Origin: Candidatus Tenderia electrophaga
GTDB lineage: Bacteria; Pseudomonadota; Gammaproteobacteria; Tenderiales; Tenderiaceae
NCBI GenBank assembly: GCA_001447805.1
Contig: CP013099.1
Coordinates: forward strand, 3,395,181 to 3,459,180
Length of the DNA: 64,000 bases
Direction: 5' to 3'
Part shown: piece by piece, positions 1-10,296 of the stretch
Layout of the letters: each line of letters starts with the position of its first letter
Numbering within the stretch: position 1 is the first letter of the stretch
Program-made: the position numbers and the translations under genes
The notes under the pieces: model-generated
Told to the model about the DNA's origin: nothing
The model's database searches: none
Seen by the model: the letters and a program-made list of their open reading frames with translations, nothing else

Positions 1-1215
<1,215 letters not shown>

Positions 1216-1289
1216 CAGAATCTGAATGGAAATCGCTTTGAAAGCAAGTTAATATTGCGAGCTCAATACTAATTAATTAAGTAGGACTG

Positions 1290-1910
1290 TTGGGGGTAGA
1301 TGTGAATAATAAATTTGCCAAGCTTAGTTTGGCTTCAGTTTTTTTGTTGTCTGGATTTTTTCAAACCGCTTTCGCAGACAGTGCCTATGTGGCTGTAAGT
1401 TTGGGTAAGACAAGCGGTAGTATTGATGAGCAAGGCATTCAGGCCATATCGGGACCTAATATATCATCCGATACAACTGCGTCTTCTTTTAAGGTGCAAT
1501 TAGGAATGATGCCAAAGCGAGGGCTTGGTTTTGAAGTCGGTTATATCGACTTCGGTACATTGAGTGCCATGGAGACCACGCTTGGAATTATCGATACTTA
1601 TGATTTTGACGTAACTGGAAATACCATAGCGGGTATCGTGTCGGTGCCGTCAGGCCGCCACTCCACCGTATATGGAAAGATTGGTGTGGTGATGTGGGAG
1701 TCTGAGGCTACCGTTTGTCTGCCTTGGTTGGGCGGATGTGGCGCTTCTAGTACAGATGGTAACGACCCATTTTTTGGAATAGGTATGGAATATCGTATTG
1801 CTGCGAATATGGGGCTTCGGGCTGAATTTGAAAGGTATGACGTGCCCGTTACCGATGCAGGGGCAGGAGATTTTAACAACTTCTCAGTGAGTGCTGCTTA
1901 TCGGTTCTAA
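1290..1910 (+). CDS. Small outer-membrane beta-barrel protein (OmpA/OmpX-like) with a signal peptide; the gene is visibly AT-rich
   Basis: N-terminal signal peptide (KFAKLSLASVFLLSGFFQTAFA/DS). Alternating hydrophobic beta-strand pattern and a C-terminal aromatic residue (..SAAYRF) typical of outer-membrane proteins. G+C is far below that of the flanks by eye. The start may be the GTG at 1302. Confidence 0.6.
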   Translation: MGVDVNNKFAKLSLASVFLLSGFFQTAFADSAYVAVSLGKTSGSIDEQGIQAISGPNISSDTTASSFKVQLGMMPKRGLGFEVGYIDFGTLSAMETTLGIIDTYDFDVTGNTIAGIVSVPSGRHSTVYGKIGVVMWESEATVCLPWLGGCGASSTDGNDPFFGIGMEYRIAANMGLRAEFERYDVPVTDAGAGDFNNFSVSAAYRF

Positions 1911-1978
1911 AATCGATTTACACAATAGCGCAATATATGCACCCCGATTTAGGGGGCGCTCTGCATTATAGGAGTATA

Positions 1979-2254
1979 ATGATGAGCATTAAAATCGAAA
2001 GACAGGTTAATCGCAATCAAGTGGAGTCTGAAGGCGTATACGAATGGCCCGTTTGGGAAAAAGAGATCTCTAGCTTTCCGTGGACCTACGACGCCAGCGA
2101 AACCTGCTACTTCCTCGAAGGCGATGTGATCGTTACCCCCGACGGCGGCGAGCCGGCGCAGATGGGCAAGGGTGACCTGGTGACCTTTCCGGCCGACATG
2201 TCCTGCACCTGGGAAATCCGGCAGCCGGTGCGCAAACATTACACATTCGATTGA
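1979..2254 (+). CDS. Cupin-fold small protein (cupin_3/DUF861-like)
   Basis: AGGAG lies 5 nt upstream of the ATG at 1979. The sequence has the pattern of a conserved cupin barrel (WTYDASETCYFLEGDVIVTPDGGE..GDLVTFPADMSCTWEI). Confidence 0.55.
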   Translation: MMSIKIERQVNRNQVESEGVYEWPVWEKEISSFPWTYDASETCYFLEGDVIVTPDGGEPAQMGKGDLVTFPADMSCTWEIRQPVRKHYTFD

Positions 2255-2513
2255 GCAGCGCGCCAACGCGATGTGAGAGACGGGTTTCGCCTATCACTCT
2301 ATCGACTGATCCCGTCCGCATAGCCGTTGCTTCCTGACCAGAACGTACGCTTCAGGGCGCCTCGCGACCGAGGTGATGCCCTCGACAACTTAAGCGCGCC
2401 CCTCTTATAGAGATGAGCGAATGCGTGAAAAAATTGGCGCATTGGCGTCGCTGTGGCGTTGAACCAGCAGTTTTTACGCCCCATGGGTTGTGGCCGAATG
2501 CTGCGCAGGACGC

Positions 2514-3903
2514 TCAATGCGGCTCAACTTCCACGCGATTACGGCCGTTGCGCTTTGCGCGATACAGGAGAGTGTCCGCGCTATTAAACCAGTCTTTGAT
2601 GGTTTCATTTGGATGGTGATATTGGGCGACGCCCAAGCTGATTGTGACCCTGATTTGCTGGCGCTCCACAGCGAGGACGCAGTGCTCAAGCCGCTGGCGC
2701 AGTCGCTCGGCGATCTGGCCGGCCTCTTCCAGATCGGTATCGGGTAACAGCACGGCGAATTCTTCACCGCCTGTGCGGCTCAGCAGGTCGCTGGGGCGCA
2801 GGAGCTTTTGCACGAGGTGAACAAACTCTTTGAGTACCGCATCCCCGACTTGATGGTTGTATTGGTCATTGATCGCTTTGAAGTGATCGAGGTCAATGGC
2901 TATCAGGGACAGGGGGGGCGTGGTTACGTACTGCACGTGCCGCTTCCTGTTCCGCGCGCTGCATCAGTTCGCGGCGGTTGGCGGCGCCGGTCAAGGGGTC
3001 GGTGGCGGCCAGGCGTTCTAATTTCGCGTTGGCACGTTGCAATTCGACCATCGTCTCCTCGGCGCGCTGCTTTTGGGCCAGCACCTCTTCCAGCAACTCG
3101 GCTTGACTGTAGACGCGAGCGAAGGAGCGCGTCGATAGATAGGCTTGGATCACGCCGTAGCTCAAGAGAAAAAAGCCCCCGGCGAAGATCACATGCGCCA
3201 GCCACCATTGATGGCTCCAGGCCGTATCCAAGCTGAAGGCCAGAGACGATTGCGCGAACCACGCCATCGAAACCGCATACATGACCATTAGTGGATTGCG
3301 GATGCGCTGTGTGATGAGCCAGGCGATCACGATGACGAACAGACCGATGGCGGTGTATTCCATAGACAATCGCAGCCAGGCGGCCGCGCGCAAGGGCGAT
3401 ATGGCCAACAGGCCGATGACTAGATCAATGCCGATGAAGATCGCGATGGCGATCAGCCAGGTGCGGGGGCGCCAACGCTTCGAAGGCGCGTCGGCTGCGG
3501 CGTAATGGAACATGGCGGTCAGAAAACAGGCCGCCATGACGACCCGCGAGGCCGGTCCGTACAGCAGAAACAGCCATGGGTTTTGATGCGCGAGAGGCGT
3601 AAACAGCCCATGCGGCGCATAAATGAGCGTGAAACCGAGGAACCCCAAGGTCAACCATCGTAGAAACGGTTCACCGCTATCGGCATAGCAGCGCCATGTG
3701 ACAAAGGTGATGAAGGCGCCGATCGCGATGGCGATGGAAATGGCGATGATATGGAAGCCGTGATGCTCATAGAGCAGTCCGGGTTGCCGGTTGATCTCCA
3801 GGTAGGTGAGTGCCAGCATGGGCGCGCTGCCGAACAGGCCAAGCAAGAGATAGGTATAACCGGAAAGAATGCGGGTAAATAGAGGTTTTTCAAAGGCTGC
3901 CAT
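2514..3903 (-). pseudogene. Membrane-sensor GGDEF diguanylate cyclase split in two frames by a frameshift at a homopolymer
   Basis: The upstream ORF (2893..3960) encodes a domain with about 8 transmembrane helices followed by a coiled coil and the start of a GGDEF domain (DPLTGAANRRELMQRAEQEAARAVRNHAPP), then stops. The downstream ORF (2514..2936), in another frame, continues the domain exactly (PLSLIAIDLDHFKAIN...GGEEF...RAKRNGRNRV). Removing one C from the C7 run on the coding strand gives an uninterrupted ...AVRNHAPLSLIAIDLDHFK... Likely start is the ATG at 3903, which has a GGGA ribosome-binding site. Confidence 0.7.
2912..2918. repeat. Homopolymeric G7 tract (C7 on the coding strand) lying exactly at the frame junction of the split GGDEF gene
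   Basis: Read directly from the sequence: ...cagggacagggggggcgtgg... The tract lies inside the 2893-2936 overlap of the two ORF fragments. Confidence 0.9.
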
Positions 3904-4176
3904 GTAATTCCCGGTGTGGCGGAGCCAAGTCAGCGCTCGCCCCAGAGGCTTGATATTCAATAATAAGACCGCGCCATTTTTTCATGGTCGAAGATTCGCT
4001 GGCGAATTCCCGCATTGGCGCTGCGCGTTCCACGGTGATGACTATTATCATCCTTAGATCAATGAACTGATTATATGCCATTGTTGTGTGGCGTGGCTTG
4101 CCGGCCGATGTAAAATCGGTCTTTGCGGGGGGTGAATTGAGTATCCTTGCGATGTTGGGCCCTCGGGAGAAAACGT

Positions 4177-5553
4177 ATGTTTATCAGCATCCTTGACGTG
4201 TTTAAGCTGGGTATCGGGCCCTCCAGTTCCCATACCATGGGGCCGATGCTGGCGGCCGCCGATTTTATCGTGCGTGCGCGCCAGCGGCTGGCGCAGGCAG
4301 CGCGGCTGGATGATGTCGGCATTCGCTGCACCCTGAAGGGATCGCTGGCCTTTACCGGCAAAGGCCATGGTACCGATCGCGCCATAGCGCTCGGCCTGCA
4401 CGGCTATACCCCTGCTGATGTTGCCGCTGAGGATGTGGATGCGTTGGTAGAAAGTATTTGGAATAGCGGTCTGGCAGGCTCGCCGCCGACGATTCGATTC
4501 GAGCCGGACAAGGATATCCGCTTCGACAAGGGCCCGGCCCTGCCCGAGCATCCCAACGGCATGATTTTCGAACTGGTCGACCGATCCGCTGACAAGGTCT
4601 TGCTCAAAGAAACCTATTTCTCCATTGGCGGCGGGTTTATCAGTACCCGGGCGGAGATCAAGCAACTGGTGGCTCCGCTCAAGATGGAGTCGGCGGCCGA
4701 TTGCCCTTATCCCTTCGATTCGGCCCGCGCCATGCTGCAAATGTGCGACGCGAGTCAGCTCACCATCGCCGCCATGAAGCATGCGAACGAACTGGAACAT
4801 ATAAGCGAACCGGCCTTACTTGATGGCATGGAGGCCATCTGGCGGGCCATGCGACGTTGTGTCGAACTGGGGTTGGCCGCCGAGGGTATCCTGCCCGGCG
4901 GGCTGGCACTGCCGCGCCGCGCCAAACATTTGTATGAGCAGCTGCGGCAAGACCCGCAAGCGGCCAGTGTCAACGACTGGTTGTGTGCCTATGCCATGGC
5001 AGTGAATGAGGAAAACGCGGCCGGACACATGGTGGTGACGGCGCCGACCAACGGCGCCGCCGGCGTCATTCCGGCGGTGTTGTACTACTTCGTGACGCAT
5101 GAAGGCGGCCGTCAGGAACAGCTGCGCGAGTTTCTGCTTACCGCCAGCGCCATCGGCGGCATTATCAAGCATCGCAGCTCCATCTCCGGCGCCGAGGTGG
5201 GTTGCCAGGGGGAGGTCGGCTCCGCCGCTGCCATGGCGGCCGCCGGTTTGTGTGCGGCGCGTGGCGGTACGCCGCGGCAAATCGAAAATGCGGCGGAGAT
5301 CGCCCTTGAGCACCATCTAGGTATGACCTGCGACCCGGTCAAAGGCCTGGTCCAGGTGCCCTGCATCGAGCGCAACGGTTTTGGCGCCATCAAGGCCTAT
5401 ACCGCCACCTCGCTGGCCTTGCGTGGCACGGGCCAGCATTTTATGCCCCTGGACAACTGCATCGCCGCCATGAAGCAGACCGGTCTGGAGATGTCGGAGA
5501 AATACAAGGAGACGTCCCTGGGCGGTCTGGCGGTAAGCATTACCGAATGTTAG
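4177..5553 (+). CDS. sdaA: L-serine dehydratase (iron-sulfur dependent, single chain)
   Basis: N-terminus [24 protein letters not shown] closely matches the start of E. coli SdaA/SdaB. A GGAG ribosome-binding site precedes the ATG at 4177. Full-length, about 458 aa. Confidence 0.85.
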   Translation: MFISILDVFKLGIGPSSSHTMGPMLAAADFIVRARQRLAQAARLDDVGIRCTLKGSLAFTGKGHGTDRAIALGLHGYTPADVAAEDVDALVESIWNSGLAGSPPTIRFEPDKDIRFDKGPALPEHPNGMIFELVDRSADKVLLKETYFSIGGGFISTRAEIKQLVAPLKMESAADCPYPFDSARAMLQMCDASQLTIAAMKHANELEHISEPALLDGMEAIWRAMRRCVELGLAAEGILPGGLALPRRAKHLYEQLRQDPQAASVNDWLCAYAMAVNEENAAGHMVVTAPTNGAAGVIPAVLYYFVTHEGGRQEQLREFLLTASAIGGIIKHRSSISGAEVGCQGEVGSAAAMAAAGLCAARGGTPRQIENAAEIALEHHLGMTCDPVKGLVQVPCIERNGFGAIKAYTATSLALRGTGQHFMPLDNCIAAMKQTGLEMSEKYKETSLGGLAVSITEC

Positions 5554-5669
5554 TGAGCGGGGTATTTGGCGCGGTTTACTGGCGCGGTGGTAGTCGTATT
5601 ACAATGCCCCATCAAGCCATCCCGTGTTGGCCGCCGGGCGACGCGCAATAACCGTAAAGTCGATCAATC

Positions 5670-6305
5670 ATGGACACCCAGTTCTTAAAAATATTTACGC
5701 TCATCTTCGTGTTGCTGAATCCGTTTTTGATGAGCATTTATCTGCTCGATCTGATACGCAATCTGTCTTTGCCCGAATTTTTTAACGTATTGCGGCGCGC
5801 GTCTATTATCAGTGCCACGGTGTTCCTGGTATTCGCCTGGGGCGGGGAGCAGATCTTTTCAGAGGTGTTACAGGTGCGCTTTGCCGCCTTCTTGATCTTC
5901 GGCGGCATCATCTTTATCGTCATCGCATTGCGTTTCGTGTTCCAGGGCAGCGACGCCATCGCGCAAATGCGCGGCCCGGCGGAGTATGTCGCCGGGGCCG
6001 TGGCCATGCCGTTTATTATTGGCCCGGGCACCATCAGTGCCAGCGTGCTGGCGGGGGTCAGCCTGCCTCTTCTGCAGGCCGCCATGGCGATCATCAGTGC
6101 CCTGGCGGCCTCCATGGTGGCGCTGATCGTGATTAAATATCTGCACGATTATGTAAAGCAGCGCAATGTGAAATTGATCGACAGCTATGTGGATATCGTC
6201 GGTCGCATCTCGGCCTTGCTCATCGGTGCCATCGCCATCGAGATGGTATTGCAGGGCCTGGATGCCTGGCTCGAGCCCCTGCTGCAAGTCGAGTTGCCGG
6301 CATAA
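5670..6305 (+). CDS. marC: MarC family (UPF0056) integral membrane protein
   Basis: Polytopic membrane protein of 211 aa with the MarC-family N-terminal motif (FLKIFTLIFVLLNPF). Confidence 0.7.
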   Translation: MDTQFLKIFTLIFVLLNPFLMSIYLLDLIRNLSLPEFFNVLRRASIISATVFLVFAWGGEQIFSEVLQVRFAAFLIFGGIIFIVIALRFVFQGSDAIAQMRGPAEYVAGAVAMPFIIGPGTISASVLAGVSLPLLQAAMAIISALAASMVALIVIKYLHDYVKQRNVKLIDSYVDIVGRISALLIGAIAIEMVLQGLDAWLEPLLQVELPA

Positions 6306-6324
6306 ACGCGGCGTTCCGTCGACG

Positions 6325-6350
6325 GTAAAAAAACGAGCGTTTCGCTCGCC
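6325..6350 (-). terminator. Candidate rho-independent terminator readable on the minus strand (stem CGAGCG/CGCTCG, loop of 4 nt, followed by a T7 run on the minus strand)
   Basis: Plus-strand sequence is aaaaaaacgagcgtttcgctcgcc. As a minus-strand transcript this is a hairpin plus a U7 tail. No minus-strand CDS ends here. As a plus-strand terminator for marC it would lack the U-tail. Confidence 0.35.
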
Positions 6351-6554
6351 ATCCTGCGTCCACAACGTCAATGATGCGCGTTGGCACGAAGACCACAGTA
6401 CGAACGCGATCCGGCCGTCCCTGTCTGCATGATGAGATGACGACGGCAATCAATCGTGAATGAATCCTTGTTTATGCTGTTGTTGAAGAGGGCGCCCGAC
6501 CATCCTAGGCTGTAGTTCCCAACGATGTTCAGACGCTAGTACTAAGGAGGCGAC

Positions 6555-6842
6555 ATGGCGACAAAGGCATCCGACAATGACATCCAGGCATTCCTGAGCG
6601 AGTTGAGCGATTGGCGCGTGGAAGACGGCAAACTGCATCGCGAATACCAGTTCAAGAACTTCGTCGAGGCCTTTGGTTTTATGACGCAGGCGGCGCTGGC
6701 GGCGGAGAAGGCCGATCATCATCCTGAGTGGTTTAATGTCTATAAGAAGGTGGTCGTCGATCTCACTACCCACGAGGCCGACGGCATTAGCGCAAAGGAT
6801 TTCGATCTGGCACGTCAGATGGAGGCTGCCGCCAAGTGCTGA
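6555..6842 (+). CDS. phhB: Pterin-4-alpha-carbinolamine dehydratase
   Basis: 95 aa. Conserved E..DHHPEW core of PCD/DCoH. AGGAGG ribosome-binding site upstream. Confidence 0.85.
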   Translation: MATKASDNDIQAFLSELSDWRVEDGKLHREYQFKNFVEAFGFMTQAALAAEKADHHPEWFNVYKKVVVDLTTHEADGISAKDFDLARQMEAAAKC

Positions 6843-6963
6843 CGCGGGGGCCTGGAGCCGCCGACGTATCGTAATCACGGTCGGGCCGGTTCGGCACCGC
6901 ATTTGACGCTGTGCGCCGAGTTCTGAATAATCATCTCTGTTCGATACAGAGTCAGGACAACCC

Positions 6964-7176
6964 GTGCTCGAAGCCCATCGTTGCCCTTTGTGCGGCAAAC
7001 CCAATCAGTGTGTCATGGCGCAGTCCGGCGCGGCTGAAGATCAACCGTGTTGGTGTCGCAGCGAGACCTTTCCCCAAGCCTTGATCGACCGGCTGCCGCC
7101 GGCGGCGCGGCACAAGGCCTGTATCTGCCGGGCCTGTGTCAGGGCCTATCATCAAAGCATGCAGGAACAACAATGA
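6964..7176 (+). CDS. Cysteine-rich CWC-family small protein
   Basis: 70 aa with CPLCGKPNQC...QPCWCRS...CICRAC. GTG start. Its stop overlaps the downstream ATG (ATGA). Confidence 0.55.
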   Translation: MLEAHRCPLCGKPNQCVMAQSGAAEDQPCWCRSETFPQALIDRLPPAARHKACICRACVRAYHQSMQEQQ

Positions 7177-8222
7177 GTATAGAACTCGCTACGCCGCGTT
7201 TGTTGTTGCGCCAGTTGATGGATCGCGATACCTGGACCTATACCTATCTGCTGGTCGATCCCGACACCCAACAGGGCGTGTTGATCGACCCGGTGCGCGA
7301 GCAGCTGGAGCGCGATCTGGCATTGGTTCGGGAGCTGGGTGTGGAGTTGCTGTACGTGCTGGAGACCCATGTCCATGCCGATCACGTCACCGCGGCCGGC
7401 ATGATCCGCCAGCAGACCGGCGCCCGCATCGTCTACAGCGAGGCGGCCCAGGTGAAGGCGATCGATCGGGCGGTGAACCACGGCGACAGCATCGCGTTCG
7501 GTAACTTCACCGTCCGGGTGCTGGCCACGCCGGGCCATACCAACGGCTGTGTCAGTTACTACGTCGACGGCATGGTGTTCAGCGGCGACGCCTTGCTCAT
7601 CCACGGCTGCGGGCGTACCGATTTTCAACAGGGCGATGCCGCCACCCTGTATCGCAGCGTGACCCAAAAACTGTTTACCCTGCCCGACGCCACCCTGGTG
7701 TATCCGGCCCACGACTATAAAGGCCGCACCGTGTCCAGCATCGGCGAGGAGAAGCGCTGGAACCCGCGCCTGGGCAATCAGCGCAGCGAGGCCGAATTCG
7801 TCGAGCTCATGAGCAATCTCAATCTCGACCTGCCGAAAAAGATCAATGAGGCGGTGCCGGCCAATCTGGAAACCGGCATCAGCTTCGACCCCAAGCGTTA
7901 TCTACACGAGGCGTTTTCCATGGCGGATCTGCATACGGCCTGGCAGTCCCTGCCCGAGGATGAGCTGATCGTCGATACGCGTTCGCCGCAGGAGTATGAC
8001 AGCGGCCACGTGCCGGGGGCGGTGAACATTCCCTTCGGCGAGGAGGACCGGCACGTCGACGCGCTAAAGGAGTACAAGAAGATCTATCTCTATTGCCGTT
8101 CCGGCCGCCGCGCCCAGACCGTGCTCGCCGATCTGTCCATCCTGGGTCTGGACAACCTGGCCTGTGTCGGTCATTCGGGCATGCCCGAGTGGCAGCGGGC
8201 GGGCTATCCCGTCGCGACCTAA
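7173..8222 (+). CDS. Persulfide dioxygenase (ETHE1-like metallo-beta-lactamase fold) fused to a C-terminal rhodanese domain
   Basis: MBL motif ETHVHADH. ETHE1/PDO signature block (TPGHTNGCVSYY...GDALLIHGCGRTDFQQGD...YPAHDYKGRTVSSIGEEK). C-terminal rhodanese with active-site Cys (YLYCRSGRRAQ). Confidence 0.8.
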   Translation: MSIELATPRLLLRQLMDRDTWTYTYLLVDPDTQQGVLIDPVREQLERDLALVRELGVELLYVLETHVHADHVTAAGMIRQQTGARIVYSEAAQVKAIDRAVNHGDSIAFGNFTVRVLATPGHTNGCVSYYVDGMVFSGDALLIHGCGRTDFQQGDAATLYRSVTQKLFTLPDATLVYPAHDYKGRTVSSIGEEKRWNPRLGNQRSEAEFVELMSNLNLDLPKKINEAVPANLETGISFDPKRYLHEAFSMADLHTAWQSLPEDELIVDTRSPQEYDSGHVPGAVNIPFGEEDRHVDALKEYKKIYLYCRSGRRAQTVLADLSILGLDNLACVGHSGMPEWQRAGYPVAT

Positions 8223-10237
8223 GGTTCGGTCTGCTCCGACCACATCAGTAACACCTCGCCGTTCCATACGTCATCATCGTCATTGTCGATCTTGCGGCGA
8301 TAGCCCAGGCGCCAGTTGAGCAGGGCGACGAAGGGCTTGAATTGTTGCATGGGGGTGTCGAAGTCCGGGCTCAGGGTGGGGATGGTGACCAGCGGCAGCT
8401 CGGTCAGCTGCAGTCTGGCCACATAGCCCAGCCACAGCGGTTTGTCACCGGGGGTCAGCGCATAATCCGCCGGCCACAATTTGATGATCAGTTTTTGTTC
8501 CACCAGTTCCAGGGTCAGGCTGGCGTGGCGGCCGTCATGGACATGGGGCAGGGGTACCAGCTCTGCCAGAGAAGGCTCCGGTTTGAGCCAGTGCAGTGCG
8601 CCGCTGACAGTGAGCGGCGCCGGGCGTTGCCAGCCCAGGTCGAGCAGATGCTGTTGCAAATCGTCCAACGCCCCGGCCCACTGCAGATTGAGCGGCTGGC
8701 CCTGGGTGCCCAGGGTGTCGATGCGATAGGCGGGCAGAGTGCGCCAAGCCTGGGCGCGCCAGTCGTCAAAGGCCATCTGCTCGATCTGCATGTGCCGCGC
8801 GTAGCGCTGTAGGTTTTCCTGATGGGTATTGACCACATGCCAACTGCCGACGCTGAGCAGCACCAGCAGTGGCAGGATAAGCAGCGGCGCGGGTTTGAGC
8901 GGCGGGGCGATATGGCGGCGATAGGCCACCCCCAGGGCCAGCACCCAGGCCAGCCCCAGCAGCAATCCGCCGGCGATATCGGAGAACCAGTGGGCGCCCA
9001 GATACAGCCGTGAAAAGGCGATGCTGAGGATCATCAACATCGCCACGGCATAGCACAGCACGCGCCATTGCGGCCGCAATTCGCGTGCAATCAGCACCGC
9101 CAAAAAACCGTAGATACAGCTGGCATAGACCGTATGGGCGCTGGGAAAACTGAAGCTCATGGCGCCTTGATACATGTCGCTGGGGCGCGGCACCTCCAAG
9201 GCGTGTTTCAGCAACCAGGTCATCACCATGGCGAACAAGGCCGCCGCCAGCCAGTGGCCGGCCGCCAGATAACGTTTTCTGAACAACAGCCACAGCAGCA
9301 GGGTGATGACCAGCGCCGTGTGCACTATGCCGTCGCCGAGCTGTGATATGGCGGTCATGAGGTGGTCACCCCAGGGGGTGCGCAGGCCCTGCAGCAGGTG
9401 GTACAGACTGCCGTCCAGGCGCGCCAGTCCCGGTGCGATGGGGAACTGTTGGAACAGGGCGAACATTACTAGCGCCACCAGCAACAGGGCGACGGCAACC
9501 AGACTCAGGCCCTTCAGCTCCGGCTGTTGCGGATCGACCAGGGCGGCGCTGATCTGCCCCAGGCGTCGATGGCCGCGGCTCCAGGCGATCAGGCGATCGG
9601 CCAGCTCCTCGGCGCGCGGCGCCAGCAGGCGATAGCTGCGCCTGACCAGCCACACGCCCAGCCACAGCAGGGCCAGCAGCATTACCACCATGACGGCCAG
9701 GCGCGAGGCCACCGCCGCCGCCAATCCCAGCGAGGCGCCGAACACTATGCCCGGTAGCAGGTAGGCCGGCGCCCAGGCCAGCGCCGAGAGCACGTTAACG
9801 AACAGGAATTTCCAGGGCGGCATGCCCAGCATGCCCGCGGTGGCGGGGATGATGGGCCGCACCGGGCCGACGAAGCGACCGAACAGGATGCTCTTGCCGC
9901 CGTGACGATGAAAAAACCCTTCGCCCTTTTCGAACAGGGCGGGGTAACGCTTGAAGGGCCAGACCGTGCGCAATTGATCCTTGAAATAATGCCCCAGCCA
10001 GAAACTGATGCCGTCACCGGCGACCGCGCCGGCCACCGCCAGCCAAAAGGTGGGCCAGAAGTCGATGGTGCCCAGCGCCACCAGGGTGCCGATGGCGAAC
10101 ATCAGCACCACGCCGGGCATGAACAGTCCGACCACCGCCAGCGATTCGCTGAAGGCCACCAGGAACACGAAGGCGCCCGCCCAGGCGGGATGTGCGGCGA
10201 TCCAATCGAGCAGGGGCTGAAGAAAGTCGAGGTTCAT
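8219..10237 (-). CDS. Tri-partite membrane protein: DedA/VTT domain, PAP2 phosphatase domain, and a C-terminal periplasmic-looking domain
   Basis: The N-terminal 200 aa is DedA-like. The middle region has a PAP2 signature (SFPSAHTVYA...SRLYLGAHWFSDIAGG). The C-terminal 200 aa is soluble and acidic. 672 aa. Confidence 0.75.
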   Translation of the reverse strand: MNLDFLQPLLDWIAAHPAWAGAFVFLVAFSESLAVVGLFMPGVVLMFAIGTLVALGTIDFWPTFWLAVAGAVAGDGISFWLGHYFKDQLRTVWPFKRYPALFEKGEGFFHRHGGKSILFGRFVGPVRPIIPATAGMLGMPPWKFLFVNVLSALAWAPAYLLPGIVFGASLGLAAAVASRLAVMVVMLLALLWLGVWLVRRSYRLLAPRAEELADRLIAWSRGHRRLGQISAALVDPQQPELKGLSLVAVALLLVALVMFALFQQFPIAPGLARLDGSLYHLLQGLRTPWGDHLMTAISQLGDGIVHTALVITLLLWLLFRKRYLAAGHWLAAALFAMVMTWLLKHALEVPRPSDMYQGAMSFSFPSAHTVYASCIYGFLAVLIARELRPQWRVLCYAVAMLMILSIAFSRLYLGAHWFSDIAGGLLLGLAWVLALGVAYRRHIAPPLKPAPLLILPLLVLLSVGSWHVVNTHQENLQRYARHMQIEQMAFDDWRAQAWRTLPAYRIDTLGTQGQPLNLQWAGALDDLQQHLLDLGWQRPAPLTVSGALHWLKPEPSLAELVPLPHVHDGRHASLTLELVEQKLIIKLWPADYALTPGDKPLWLGYVARLQLTELPLVTIPTLSPDFDTPMQQFKPFVALLNWRLGYRRKIDNDDDDVWNGEVLLMWSEQTEP

Positions 10238-10296
10238 GGGGGCGCATTATGCGGCAAAATGTGTCTCAGCCACAGTGGGGGCGGTACGCGAAAACC

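Noticed and set aside
6450-7004. 184-aa minus-strand ORF spanning the phhB and CWC genes
   Set aside because: It overlaps two well-supported plus-strand genes (phhB with the HHPEW motif, and the CWC protein). Its translation is low-complexity.
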